This document shows positions 53,268 through 62,097 of a stretch of DNA of 64,000 nt, in pieces; the stretch's first letter is position 1; each line of letters begins with the position of its first letter. A program made the position numbers and the translations under genes. The notes below the pieces were generated by a model. That model worked only from the letters and a program-made list of their open reading frames with translations. It searched no databases and was not told the DNA's origin. The stretch is from assembly GCA_044376115.1 (NCBI GenBank), contig JBILLK010000011.1:256001-320000 (forward strand), written 5' to 3'. The stretch is from Polyangiaceae bacterium (GTDB lineage Bacteria > Myxococcota_A > Polyangia > Polyangiales > Polyangiaceae).

Positions 53268-54116
53268 ATGACGTACCTTCTCCGAGACCCGCTTCCCGAA
53301 TTTAGGCGCACTCCGCTCGCGAATCGCAGCGACGCCGACCGGGTGATCGCCATGGTGGGTGAAAAGCTCCTGCTGGTAGGCCCGCGCAGCGCGCAACCAG
53401 CGTTGCCTCGGTGGGAAGACTTCGCGAGGGAACTGGGGCCCAAGGCTGAGTCACGCACCGTTGGCTCAATCGGCGGCTTGGGGTCGATGCAATTGGCCTT
53501 TTGGCCCGAGGACCAAGCGCTTCCCGCTGGCTGGGGCGCAGAACGAGCGCGCAACCTGCTCTTCCTGTTGCGCGAGCCCGAGCTGGAGCTCGCGCTCCTC
53601 GGCCAGCAATACGGTCATTTCTTGCGTACGCACCGCTTTTGCGGCTGCTGCGGTGGCCCCACGGCCCCGCACGAGAAGGAGTTCGCGCAACATTGTCCGG
53701 CCTGCAAGCGAGACCTCTACCCGCAGATCGCCCCGTGCATGATCACGCTGGTGCACGACGGTCCTCGCATCGTGCTCACGCGCGCACGGCACTTTCCCAA
53801 GGGCATGTACGGTCTCTCCGCGGGCTTCGTCGAGCCGGGGGAGTCGCTGGAGCATTGCGTACGGCGTGAAGTGCTCGAGGAGACCGCCCTGACGGTCAAG
53901 AACGTTCGCTACATCGCAAGTCAACCTTGGCCGATGCCCTCGCAGTTGATGGTTGGCTTCTTCGCCGAATATGAAGCTGGGGAGCTAACGCCCGATCTCG
54001 AGGAACTCGAAGAAGCCGCCTGGTTCGATCTAGGAGAGCTGCCGGGGCTGCCGCCGCCGATGAGCATCGCCAAGTTCTTGATCGATAGGTACATCGAGGA
54101 GTTTCAACGTGGCTGA
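53268..54116 (+). CDS. nudC: NAD(+) diphosphatase NudC
   Basis: Zinc site FCGCCG...CPAC, YPQIAP, Nudix box AGFVEPGESLEHCVRREVLEE, SQPWPMPSQLM. Confidence 0.92.
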   Translation: MTYLLRDPLPEFRRTPLANRSDADRVIAMVGEKLLLVGPRSAQPALPRWEDFARELGPKAESRTVGSIGGLGSMQLAFWPEDQALPAGWGAERARNLLFLLREPELELALLGQQYGHFLRTHRFCGCCGGPTAPHEKEFAQHCPACKRDLYPQIAPCMITLVHDGPRIVLTRARHFPKGMYGLSAGFVEPGESLEHCVRREVLEETALTVKNVRYIASQPWPMPSQLMVGFFAEYEAGELTPDLEELEEAAWFDLGELPGLPPPMSIAKFLIDRYIEEFQRG

Positions 54117-54975
54117 GCTGCATATCATCGACGCTACGTACGAGTTGTTTCGAGCGTGGTTTGGCGCTCCTCCGCGCAAAGCTCCGGACGGCATGGAGGT
54201 GGGCGCCACGCGCGGTGTATTGGCCTCGCTGCTGCTGATCTTGCGCAAGCCCGGCGACGTCTTCATCGGTTGTGCGACAGACCACATCGTTCACAGCTTT
54301 CGTAACGAGCTTTGGCCTGGCTACAAGGATGACGGCGGGCTCGCTCCCGAGCTGTTCGCCCAATTTCAACTGCTCGAGGATCTGCTGCGGGAGCTCGGGC
54401 TCGTGGTTTGGCCGATGGTCGAGTTCGAGGCCGACGACGCGATGGCTACGGCGGCCCATTTGTTCGAGCGCGACTTCGAGCGCATCAACCTTTGCACGGT
54501 CGACAAAGACCTTGCGCAATGTGTGAAGGGAACCAGCATCATTCTCGAGGACCGACGACGTCGGACCACGACCGATGAGGCCGGGGTGCTCGAGAAGTTC
54601 GGTGTGCTACCCAGCTCCATTCCCGACTACCTGGCGTTGGTCGGCGATACCGCGGACGGCTATCCCGGAATCACCGGCTTTGGGAAGAAGAGCGCCGCGG
54701 TCTTGCTGAGGGAGTTCGGCTCGCTGGAGGCGGTGCCACAAACCGTGGGCGCTTGGCCCAAAGAGCTGCGCGGCGCTGAGCGCCTGATCGAGGCCCTCAT
54801 CTCCAATTGGGAGCATGCCCTGCTCTTCAAGCGGCTCGCGACGCTCCGCCGCGACGTACCGATGGCTGAAACGAGCCAGGCGCTATTGTGGAAGGGAGCG
54901 CTGCCAAGCTTTCGTCAGACCGCGGAGAGGCTCGGCTTTCCCGACCTGTGCGAGCGAATCCCGCGCTGGCAGTGA
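54109..54975 (+). CDS. standalone 5'-3' exonuclease / flap endonuclease
   Basis: SFRNELWPGYK, EFEADD, DKDLAQ, H3TH motif DYLALVGDTADGYPGITGFGKKSA. Confidence 0.9.
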   Translation: MAELHIIDATYELFRAWFGAPPRKAPDGMEVGATRGVLASLLLILRKPGDVFIGCATDHIVHSFRNELWPGYKDDGGLAPELFAQFQLLEDLLRELGLVVWPMVEFEADDAMATAAHLFERDFERINLCTVDKDLAQCVKGTSIILEDRRRRTTTDEAGVLEKFGVLPSSIPDYLALVGDTADGYPGITGFGKKSAAVLLREFGSLEAVPQTVGAWPKELRGAERLIEALISNWEHALLFKRLATLRRDVPMAETSQALLWKGALPSFRQTAERLGFPDLCERIPRWQ

Positions 54976-54993
54976 CCCCGATGGGCCGCGCGC

Positions 54994-56838
54994 TCAGTGA
55001 TTCCAAGCCTCACGCACCATCTTCAAAAAGCTGCGCTGGTCAGCCACCCAATCGTCGACGTCGAAGCGCGCCTCTCCCGCGGAGTGAAGCGTCAGCTCAT
55101 CCGCGAGGATCTCGCGCTCTCCCTGGACCGTTTGCGGATGCAGCAGCTCGTCCACCACGCTCAGGCGGTTGAAGGCCGCGTTGCGCCGAAGCCGGCCTGC
55201 AAGCGTTGGTTGCCACGAAAGCACCTGCGGTTCGGCGGTCTCAACATCGAGTCGCTTCGAACCAAAGCGCGGGATGGTGATGCCGGAGATGCGCTGAATG
55301 GCGAGCGCCGCGTCATCGGCGTAGCCTTTGAGCAGCTCCACCGTGCCCGGCTCGACGTCTTCGAGCAGGCGCTTGTCGAGCACCTTGATGACCGCGAACA
55401 GGTCTTGCACGTGCGGCGCGTGACCGAAGAAGCCCACATCGCGATAGCGTTTGGTCAGCTCGGCCAGCTTCCAGACCAGTTCGTGGTCGGCCAAGTTGCC
55501 GATGATCGAAAGCCCGCGCAACACTCTCCGTGCCGTTGCTTCGTCTCGCATCGCGAGAGCTCGCGGCGCGAGTTCCAAGAGGATCAGCCGGCCTCGACTT
55601 TCTCCATGTAGCGCGAGCACCAATCCCTGCGTCGCGCGCACGATGGGCCTGGTTTCGGCGTCGCGGCCGTTGAGTGCTTCCAACATCATCGAAGACTTCG
55701 CGTTGCAGGTCGCCAGCGTCGCCAGTTCGGCCACCGTGGGATCAGGGTGGGTGAGCAGAGGCAGCATCGCGCCCGGTTGGAAGTAGCGTCGTCGGATCGC
55801 CGTCTGCAGCGCGACCACCATCAACTCTTTTCGGACATCCCCGCCCAGCAGCCCGCGGAGCCGATCATTGATCGCCGCCGAGGTCCCCAGCGAGAGCGCT
55901 TCAACGTAGGCTGGGAACACCTGCGGATCAGCCGTTTTTAGCCCCATCTCAACCCACAGCAAGGCCGTGTCCGACGGTAGACACGAAAGGACGAAGGCGA
56001 AGGTGAAGGCGCGTCCACGATCGGGAAACGACCACTCGGTGGCGTAGCCGTAAAGCGCCTCCGCGAGGTTCAACCGCGCTCGGCCTTCGACCACGGGGCG
56101 CGCGGTCGAGGTGAGCGCATCGAGGCACGCAAGCAGCCGCTTCTCGAACTCCTCGGCGGTGATCCAAGGCTCGTGCTCGAAGCAGCGACGGAGCATCGAA
56201 AACGGCCCGATGTCCTCCATTGCCTCCCGCGCCAAGGTCTCCAACATCATCCGTTCGCGCTGCGTTCCACCGCTGCTCTTGCCAGGATGCTCGCGGCGAA
56301 TGGCGGTCACGATCGATTGGTGGTCGTCGTTGGCTTCGTTCTCGGGATCATCGTCTGCCGGATCCGGCTCGCTCTCGGGGGCACCAAAAAACCGGGGCGC
56401 CGGCACCTGGATCCCGGGCTGGCAGGCTGGAGTGCCGTTGCTCGCGAGAAAGACGTCGAAGTCGGCGATCCGACGCAGGCTTTGCGGCGCTCGCCCGGCG
56501 GCGTCCGATTCGACGACCTGGTCGATCGCGCTCGACAGCAGCGCCACGAGAAATGCCTCCGCGTCCTGAAGCGACTCGCGCACCGTCGCGACGGTCACCT
56601 GCTCGACGCTCGCCTTCACCAGCTCGCGGGCCCTGCGAAGATGGGCCACCCAGTCTTCATCGGCGTCTTGTCCGCCGCGGAACTCCGAAAGTTCGGTGAG
56701 CGCCTGCCGAAGTGATTGGTCGACTGAAGACCCTTCGAACCCGCGCCCAGCGGTGGAAAGCCTCAACAGAATGTCTACCAACTCCTCCGCGAGGAGTTCG
56801 GCCCGTTCCTGGACATCCTTCATTCCCGAGGAACTCAT
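54994..56838 (-). CDS. T6SS-cassette-associated HEAT-like protein (TIGR02270-like)
   Basis: AEEFEKRLLACLDAL, helical repeats; last gene of the vgrG/DUF2169 operon, with a 4-bp overlap. Confidence 0.6.
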   Translation of the reverse strand: MSSSGMKDVQERAELLAEELVDILLRLSTAGRGFEGSSVDQSLRQALTELSEFRGGQDADEDWVAHLRRARELVKASVEQVTVATVRESLQDAEAFLVALLSSAIDQVVESDAAGRAPQSLRRIADFDVFLASNGTPACQPGIQVPAPRFFGAPESEPDPADDDPENEANDDHQSIVTAIRREHPGKSSGGTQRERMMLETLAREAMEDIGPFSMLRRCFEHEPWITAEEFEKRLLACLDALTSTARPVVEGRARLNLAEALYGYATEWSFPDRGRAFTFAFVLSCLPSDTALLWVEMGLKTADPQVFPAYVEALSLGTSAAINDRLRGLLGGDVRKELMVVALQTAIRRRYFQPGAMLPLLTHPDPTVAELATLATCNAKSSMMLEALNGRDAETRPIVRATQGLVLALHGESRGRLILLELAPRALAMRDEATARRVLRGLSIIGNLADHELVWKLAELTKRYRDVGFFGHAPHVQDLFAVIKVLDKRLLEDVEPGTVELLKGYADDAALAIQRISGITIPRFGSKRLDVETAEPQVLSWQPTLAGRLRRNAAFNRLSVVDELLHPQTVQGEREILADELTLHSAGEARFDVDDWVADQRSFLKMVREAWNH

Positions 56839-57839
56839 TCTTCATTCCTCGCTACGTGAAAGAGCCCTCGCTCCTTACCGTCAGAAGCCGTCACGATGGC
56901 CACGCTCGAACCAGCACCGAAACCCAAGGTGAGCCCAAGCGTCCCGATCACGAGCAACAGCGCTCCGCTGGCTGCGCCCACGTCACCAAAATCTCTCGGT
57001 ACGTTCTGAATGATGGTCTTCTCTGGATCGATCGTCGCAGGGTTGCGCATCGCGGCGTAGGTCCATTCCTTTACGCGATGTCGCTCACCGTTGAGGTCTG
57101 TGAGCACCCACGGGATCGGGTGCGGCAGTCTGGGATCACGGAGCAGCTTGGTGAAGCAGGCTGCGGTCGGCGGCCCCTCGAGTTCCTGCTCACCGGTCGC
57201 GACCAAGGTGATGGTCGCGAGTCGGCGTACCTCGGCTGGGACCTTGCGAAGCTTCGGTGACACACACACGAACGCTGCTGCTTCGCCTGGGATAAAGCCG
57301 TTGGCCGAGCGCTCCGAGAGCAACCGGAAGCCGGTATCGAGCGTCGCAATGCGCGCGGCATCGTAGTAGGAGTCGACGCCGCCGATGATGACGCGAATGT
57401 CGCCGTAGAGTTGGGCGCGCCCGAGTAGCGCAGCGAAACCGGCTCGTCCGAGTCGCACCACCGCCGACCGATCGTCGAGCGAGAGGTTCACAGCCTTCGC
57501 TAAATCGAAAAGAAGTCGGCTCGCGATGCGCTCGTCCTCTCCTTCGTAAAGCTCTGGCAACGACAACAGCAAGATCGTCTTCTCCGAGCGAAGCTGCGGA
57601 GGTGCGGACGAAAGCACCTCTTCGAGCGCGGGGATGGCCAGAGCCAACATCCGCTCGTAGCCCACGGTATCGTCGCTCAGGTTTGCGGAGCGTACGGCGC
57701 CTACCGAAACTCCGGTCTTGTCGCGAAACCGTGTCCCGCGAGGGTCTGCTTTGCCGGCGCGCCAGAACAGCGCAGTTTGGCGCGCGTCGAGGCCCAAAGG
57801 GGAGGAGGCTCCAACCGACCAGACCGAGAGTTCGCTCAT
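56835..57839 (-). CDS. ketosynthase-fold protein of T6SS DUF2169 cassettes (PRK06147-like)
   Basis: GASSPLG, GGVDSY, GFIPGEAAAF, DLNGERHRVKEW, FGDVGAASG. Confidence 0.82.
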   Translation of the reverse strand: MSELSVWSVGASSPLGLDARQTALFWRAGKADPRGTRFRDKTGVSVGAVRSANLSDDTVGYERMLALAIPALEEVLSSAPPQLRSEKTILLLSLPELYEGEDERIASRLLFDLAKAVNLSLDDRSAVVRLGRAGFAALLGRAQLYGDIRVIIGGVDSYYDAARIATLDTGFRLLSERSANGFIPGEAAAFVCVSPKLRKVPAEVRRLATITLVATGEQELEGPPTAACFTKLLRDPRLPHPIPWVLTDLNGERHRVKEWTYAAMRNPATIDPEKTIIQNVPRDFGDVGAASGALLLVIGTLGLTLGFGAGSSVAIVTASDGKERGLFHVARNEE

Positions 57840-59278
57840 CTGGACTCAGCCTTCGCGAGCTGCTTGGGCTTTGCGGCTTGCTGGAGTTCGGTCACGTGAT
57901 GCTCGAGTTCCTCCGCCGCGCGTGGGTCCGACTGGAGTCGCGTCATGGTGTTGCGTTCCCATCGAATCCACTCGCCGAGCGAGAGCTTCGCCTGCTTCAG
58001 TGCCTTGCTGGGATCCCCTTGGGACATGCGGTGTCGCATCTCAGCGAATTCACGCAGCGTGCGCTCTTGCTCCTGAGGGCGAGCGAACGACTGGCTCTCC
58101 TGGGCCATCGCTTGCGCGTAGCGGGTGGCCAACGGCGCCTCGATCGGGTTCTGGAGCGTCTCCTCCATCATGCGCTCGGTCCAGGCGCGACTCTCGAGCG
58201 CAAACTTGAACTCGTTCGTGTCGTACTTCTGAAAAATGTCGGCGCGAGGTCGGCGTGCTTCGTTGAGTTCGGTCTGAATCTTCGCGAACTCCTCGATGCT
58301 GATGCGCGTGTCGGGCGCGAACGGGCAATCGAGGGTCGAATACATGGCGTCTTCCAGCTCGTCTTCGTCGAGCTCGGGAGGCGCGATCCCGGCCACGGCG
58401 TCCTCGTAGCTCCACGCCCACTCGAAGTGCCCGTGGCCCATCTCACGATAGAGCTCAGGAAAGCCGTCTTCCCATTCGTCGTCGGTCGCCCATCCGATGA
58501 GCACCCGGTCGATCTCGCTCGGGTCGTCCCTGCGGAACCAGGAGCCACGCCAAGTAACCTCGAGCTCGCACTTCTCGACGTCGATGATCAACGTGTCGAG
58601 GTGGAGCGGCTGGATGCGACTCTTTTCATCGCCATCTTGTGGCTCGACCAGCACGCGGGGGGCTCGTTCCGGGATGCGCGCCTTGAAGTAAGGCTCCGGT
58701 TGATCATCCAGTTGGAGGAAGAACTCCATCCCCGGTGTCAGCGTGCCCAAGTTGCGAGCAAGCGCCGGGTGGCTGAACGAGTACAGCTCGAAGGGAAAAC
58801 CCTCGGGATGATCGAACTCGGTTTCAGCTGGGTTGAGCGCCTCATTGAGCCCGCAGTGTTCCTTCGTCCCGCCGATCACACGCACCGAACGCTCGTCGAT
58901 CGCGATTCTCCCACCGACGTCGCTGGTGATGGAGATCGGCGTCTCCTCTTCGCCCAGAACCAGTCGCGCGGTCGCTCGAATCGGTTCGCCGCGTTTGCTC
59001 ACCAAGTTGAACGACCCGGTCAGCGCTACATCGATCCAAGGTTTCGACGGTACAAAGTCGATCGGGCGAAGCAGCGTCTGGGATTGTTCCGGCGTACCGA
59101 TCATTACGTCCGGCCGCGTGAGACCGCTGGCGTCGTCGAACGGCACCCTGGTCTTGACGATGATGCCGTAGAGCCCGGTGTCTTCGTAGCGCCAGTGAAG
59201 CACGCCGGTTACTTGGGGCGCTCTGCTCAGCTTGGCCGATAGGTGAGCAGCCGACGTAGCGACCAAAATACGATCCAT
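57836..59278 (-). CDS. DUF2169 family T6SS adaptor with C-terminal helical repeats
   Basis: IIVKTR, DFVPSKPWIDVALTG, LHLDTLIIDVE...EVTWRG. Confidence 0.8.
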   Translation of the reverse strand: MDRILVATSAAHLSAKLSRAPQVTGVLHWRYEDTGLYGIIVKTRVPFDDASGLTRPDVMIGTPEQSQTLLRPIDFVPSKPWIDVALTGSFNLVSKRGEPIRATARLVLGEEETPISITSDVGGRIAIDERSVRVIGGTKEHCGLNEALNPAETEFDHPEGFPFELYSFSHPALARNLGTLTPGMEFFLQLDDQPEPYFKARIPERAPRVLVEPQDGDEKSRIQPLHLDTLIIDVEKCELEVTWRGSWFRRDDPSEIDRVLIGWATDDEWEDGFPELYREMGHGHFEWAWSYEDAVAGIAPPELDEDELEDAMYSTLDCPFAPDTRISIEEFAKIQTELNEARRPRADIFQKYDTNEFKFALESRAWTERMMEETLQNPIEAPLATRYAQAMAQESQSFARPQEQERTLREFAEMRHRMSQGDPSKALKQAKLSLGEWIRWERNTMTRLQSDPRAAEELEHHVTELQQAAKPKQLAKAESR

Positions 59279-59404
59279 CTATTTCTCCACCTACCACAGC
59301 TTGGCTAGCGCCTCTCCAGTCCCCGGAGAGGCGCACCGACCGACAGCACGGCCGCAGAATCAAGGTTCGGCGACGCCGTTCCGCCGGTAGGCTACACAAC
59401 CTGA

Positions 59405-61243
59405 CTAGCCGTCATTCTTCGCGAACAGTGAGCGCAGCGGACGGAACGTCTGATCTCCGTACTTGTACTTCCAGGAGTCCGGGAACCACGAGCCGCTTTC
59501 GTCACGTTCCCACCACAAGGCGCGGATTTGGAACATTGCCTTAACGCCAGGATCGATCGACCCCTTTTGCAGATCGAAGCCGATGTCATTCTCCGGCGGG
59601 TACTTCTTGAGATTGCCGAAGGTCGGCTTCCATTGCGCGCCACCCTCGACTGTCACAGAACCCAGCCTGCGAATGCTGACCGAGGCGTAGAGGAAGAACT
59701 CGAATGCCAAAGGAACAGTTAGGTCGGCGATGAGAACCTCTTCGTACTCGTTCCAGCCAAAGGAGAGCTTTATCCCTAACTGAACTTTGAAGCGCACGCC
59801 GACCTGAGCGTCGGCGACGTAGTCGACGATTTTTTGCGCCACCCAGCCGAGTCCGGGAATCGCATTGAGCAACGCACTCAGCGGTACGCCGAGCTTGATC
59901 TCAGCGCTCAACAGCTCGGTGCAGGAAAGGTCCAAGTAAACGGCCTTATTGCACTGGTACTTCTTCAGCCCGATGCTCGGGACGTCCCTGTCCAGCTCCT
60001 TCCACTGACAAACGAATTTCGCCGCGGGATCCTCGAGCAGCTTGATGTCGAGCCTAAATCGAGCGCCGATCGTGTTGAGCAGCCGTTGTCCGGCTTCAGC
60101 GAAGGACTTCAACTTCTCGAAGGCAGCCTTCACCGGCCCGAAGTCTTTGAGATCGAACTCGGCTTCCTTGTAGGGGAAGATCACGAGTTCGAAGCTTTGA
60201 GAGCCTGAACAGGCAATCGCTTGAATGTTGATTCGGCGTGGATCGTTGCGAAAGCGGAAGACCTTGAGCCAGTCGTAGATGCTCTTGATGTTCGTGGCGG
60301 CGGTGATGAGGGGTTTGCCCTTCTTCATCAGCTCGCCCCATTTGGCCTTCTGCTTAAGCTTCTCGTCGACCACCGCATCGCGGCCGCCGTTCTTCCAGGC
60401 TTCGCGTGCCTCAGCCTTCGCTGCTGCACGGTCACCCGTGAGCGGCGTGCGATTCTGGACATTGGAGTCGATCGTGTTCGGGTCGAGGCCGCGGCGCACG
60501 CGCGAGTCCTTGGCGATTCGATCCGCTGCTTCTCGGTCGGCCGCCTCCCTGGCCTCCTTGAGGTTCTTTGCTGCCTTGTCGGCCTGATAGGCCTCCTTTT
60601 CGGCCTTCTCTTTGTCCGTTAGTTTGACGTCTTTCGGTGGCTCGCGAGCGAAGTCAGGGTTCGGGTTGTACCAGTTGACCTCGAGCGTCTGCTTGTCCCC
60701 GAAGCGCTCCTCCTTTTTCTCGTTCATATCCCCGCCTTTTTTGCGGGAAATGACCCACTTGGTGTGGGGCTTGGCTTCGGGGCACTCCGGCGGGCCTTGC
60801 TTCTTTGCGTTGATGCGCTCGGCCTCGAGCTCGGTCACGTCGTCGTCGACGATCTCGAGAATCTTGCTGTCATCGAGCGTGCGCTTGCCGCTCTTGAGCA
60901 ACTTGATCTTGACCATCGAGCAGGCCTTCTTGGCCTCTGCGTCGACGTTGGGCTTCGCTGCTGCGCCGCCGCCTTCCACGAGCGCGCCGGTGCTCGGCGG
61001 TTGCTTGTGCACGGTGGAGTCAGTCGTGCGCGCCAGGCCGTCTCCCTGCGCGGTAACGGTTGGGGAGCCGTTGGTTACCGTCGCGTTGCCCGCCAAGGTC
61101 GTTCCTTGGGTCACTGCCTTCCCGCCGGAAACCTCGGTGCGCGACTTCGGATTGTCGGCTGCCGCCGTCGGTACGATCGGCGAGGTGTGAGCGGTGCCGT
61201 CAGATGCAGCTGACAAACCTTGGTTAGTAGTAACGCCTGCCAT
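59405..61243 (-). CDS. putative T6SS effector with N-terminal PAAR-like (DUF4150-like) domain
   Basis: N-terminus V-TTNQG...GSPTVTAQGDGLARTTD...STGALV; located between vgrG and the DUF2169 gene; C-terminal domain not recognised. Confidence 0.65.
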   Translation of the reverse strand: MAGVTTNQGLSAASDGTAHTSPIVPTAAADNPKSRTEVSGGKAVTQGTTLAGNATVTNGSPTVTAQGDGLARTTDSTVHKQPPSTGALVEGGGAAAKPNVDAEAKKACSMVKIKLLKSGKRTLDDSKILEIVDDDVTELEAERINAKKQGPPECPEAKPHTKWVISRKKGGDMNEKKEERFGDKQTLEVNWYNPNPDFAREPPKDVKLTDKEKAEKEAYQADKAAKNLKEAREAADREAADRIAKDSRVRRGLDPNTIDSNVQNRTPLTGDRAAAKAEAREAWKNGGRDAVVDEKLKQKAKWGELMKKGKPLITAATNIKSIYDWLKVFRFRNDPRRINIQAIACSGSQSFELVIFPYKEAEFDLKDFGPVKAAFEKLKSFAEAGQRLLNTIGARFRLDIKLLEDPAAKFVCQWKELDRDVPSIGLKKYQCNKAVYLDLSCTELLSAEIKLGVPLSALLNAIPGLGWVAQKIVDYVADAQVGVRFKVQLGIKLSFGWNEYEEVLIADLTVPLAFEFFLYASVSIRRLGSVTVEGGAQWKPTFGNLKKYPPENDIGFDLQKGSIDPGVKAMFQIRALWWERDESGSWFPDSWKYKYGDQTFRPLRSLFAKNDG

Positions 61244-61287
61244 CGGATTCTCCTCTCAAGGGGACTGAAAGTCTTAACTTCGGGCGT

Positions 61288-62097
61288 TCAGCGGAAGATC
61301 CGCCAACCACTGCCCTGGCGAACGAGATAGGGCTTCACCCTCCACGCCGTTCGCGGTTCGGTCTTGTGCTGAGCAAACAGAGCCGGGCCCCGTTCGTCGT
61401 CGGTCACGTACACGACACGCCCCTCACAACAGGAGCGGAAGCGTAGCTTCTTCGGGTCGAAGGGCTTTAGGTCCCACTCCATCCCGAAGAACTCGGCGGT
61501 CTCCTTCTCGAGCTCGCTGCGAGTCGCGTCGGGGCTGGGGCCTGTGTAGCGAACGAGGTCTGCGATCTTCGTCGACGTGATGTTGAGGAACGCATCAACG
61601 TCGCGTCGAACGAACGCCGAGTGGAGCTCGAACAGCGGTTGAAGCAGCTCCGGCGAGCCATCCTCGCGAATCGCCGCGCGGGGTGCGTTCGCCCAGATCG
61701 GATCGGGGATGTAACCCGGCGGTGTGAACTTCATCACGTCCGAGCGGATCGGAAATTTCCTCCGTTCGGGCGGAAGGGACTCCACGAAGTCGGGATAGCG
61801 AACGTTGAACACGTTCACCTCGTCCTCGACCTTCATCACGTGAAGGAAGAAGGCCAACTCGAACATGGGCAACGCCGGGATGTCCATGTTCATCGGAGCC
61901 TTCTCCACTTCAATCACTACCTCGTTCTCTCCTGGGATGAGAAACGGGCAGCCGTGGAAGGTCGGCGCGGAAAAGTCCATCGTCGACTTTTCATACATCG
62001 GTACGTCATTGACCAAAGCCGTGACGAACGTTCCAGCGTTCTGCAGTACTCGGGCGACGTAGGGAGCCGCTTCTTCAGTCATAACGCGATCGCTCAC
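61288..62097 (-). CDS. hypothetical protein, candidate immunity or accessory protein
   Basis: 4-bp overlap with the vgrG stop; VNDVPM...FLIPGENEVVIEV; no signal peptide. Confidence 0.55.
   Translation of the reverse strand: MSDRVMTEEAAPYVARVLQNAGTFVTALVNDVPMYEKSTMDFSAPTFHGCPFLIPGENEVVIEVEKAPMNMDIPALPMFELAFFLHVMKVEDEVNVFNVRYPDFVESLPPERRKFPIRSDVMKFTPPGYIPDPIWANAPRAAIREDGSPELLQPLFELHSAFVRRDVDAFLNITSTKIADLVRYTGPSPDATRSELEKETAEFFGMEWDLKPFDPKKLRFRSCCEGRVVYVTDDERGPALFAQHKTEPRTAWRVKPYLVRQGSGWRIFR

Noticed and set aside
56835..57839. Fatty-acid or polyketide biosynthesis cluster suggested by the ketosynthase fold
   Set aside because: No catalytic Cys is evident (LGRAGF), there are no ACP or other PKS genes, and the context is a T6SS DUF2169 cassette
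57602..59242. 546-aa plus-strand ORF
   Set aside because: Antisense shadow of the DUF2169 gene with no recognisable domain
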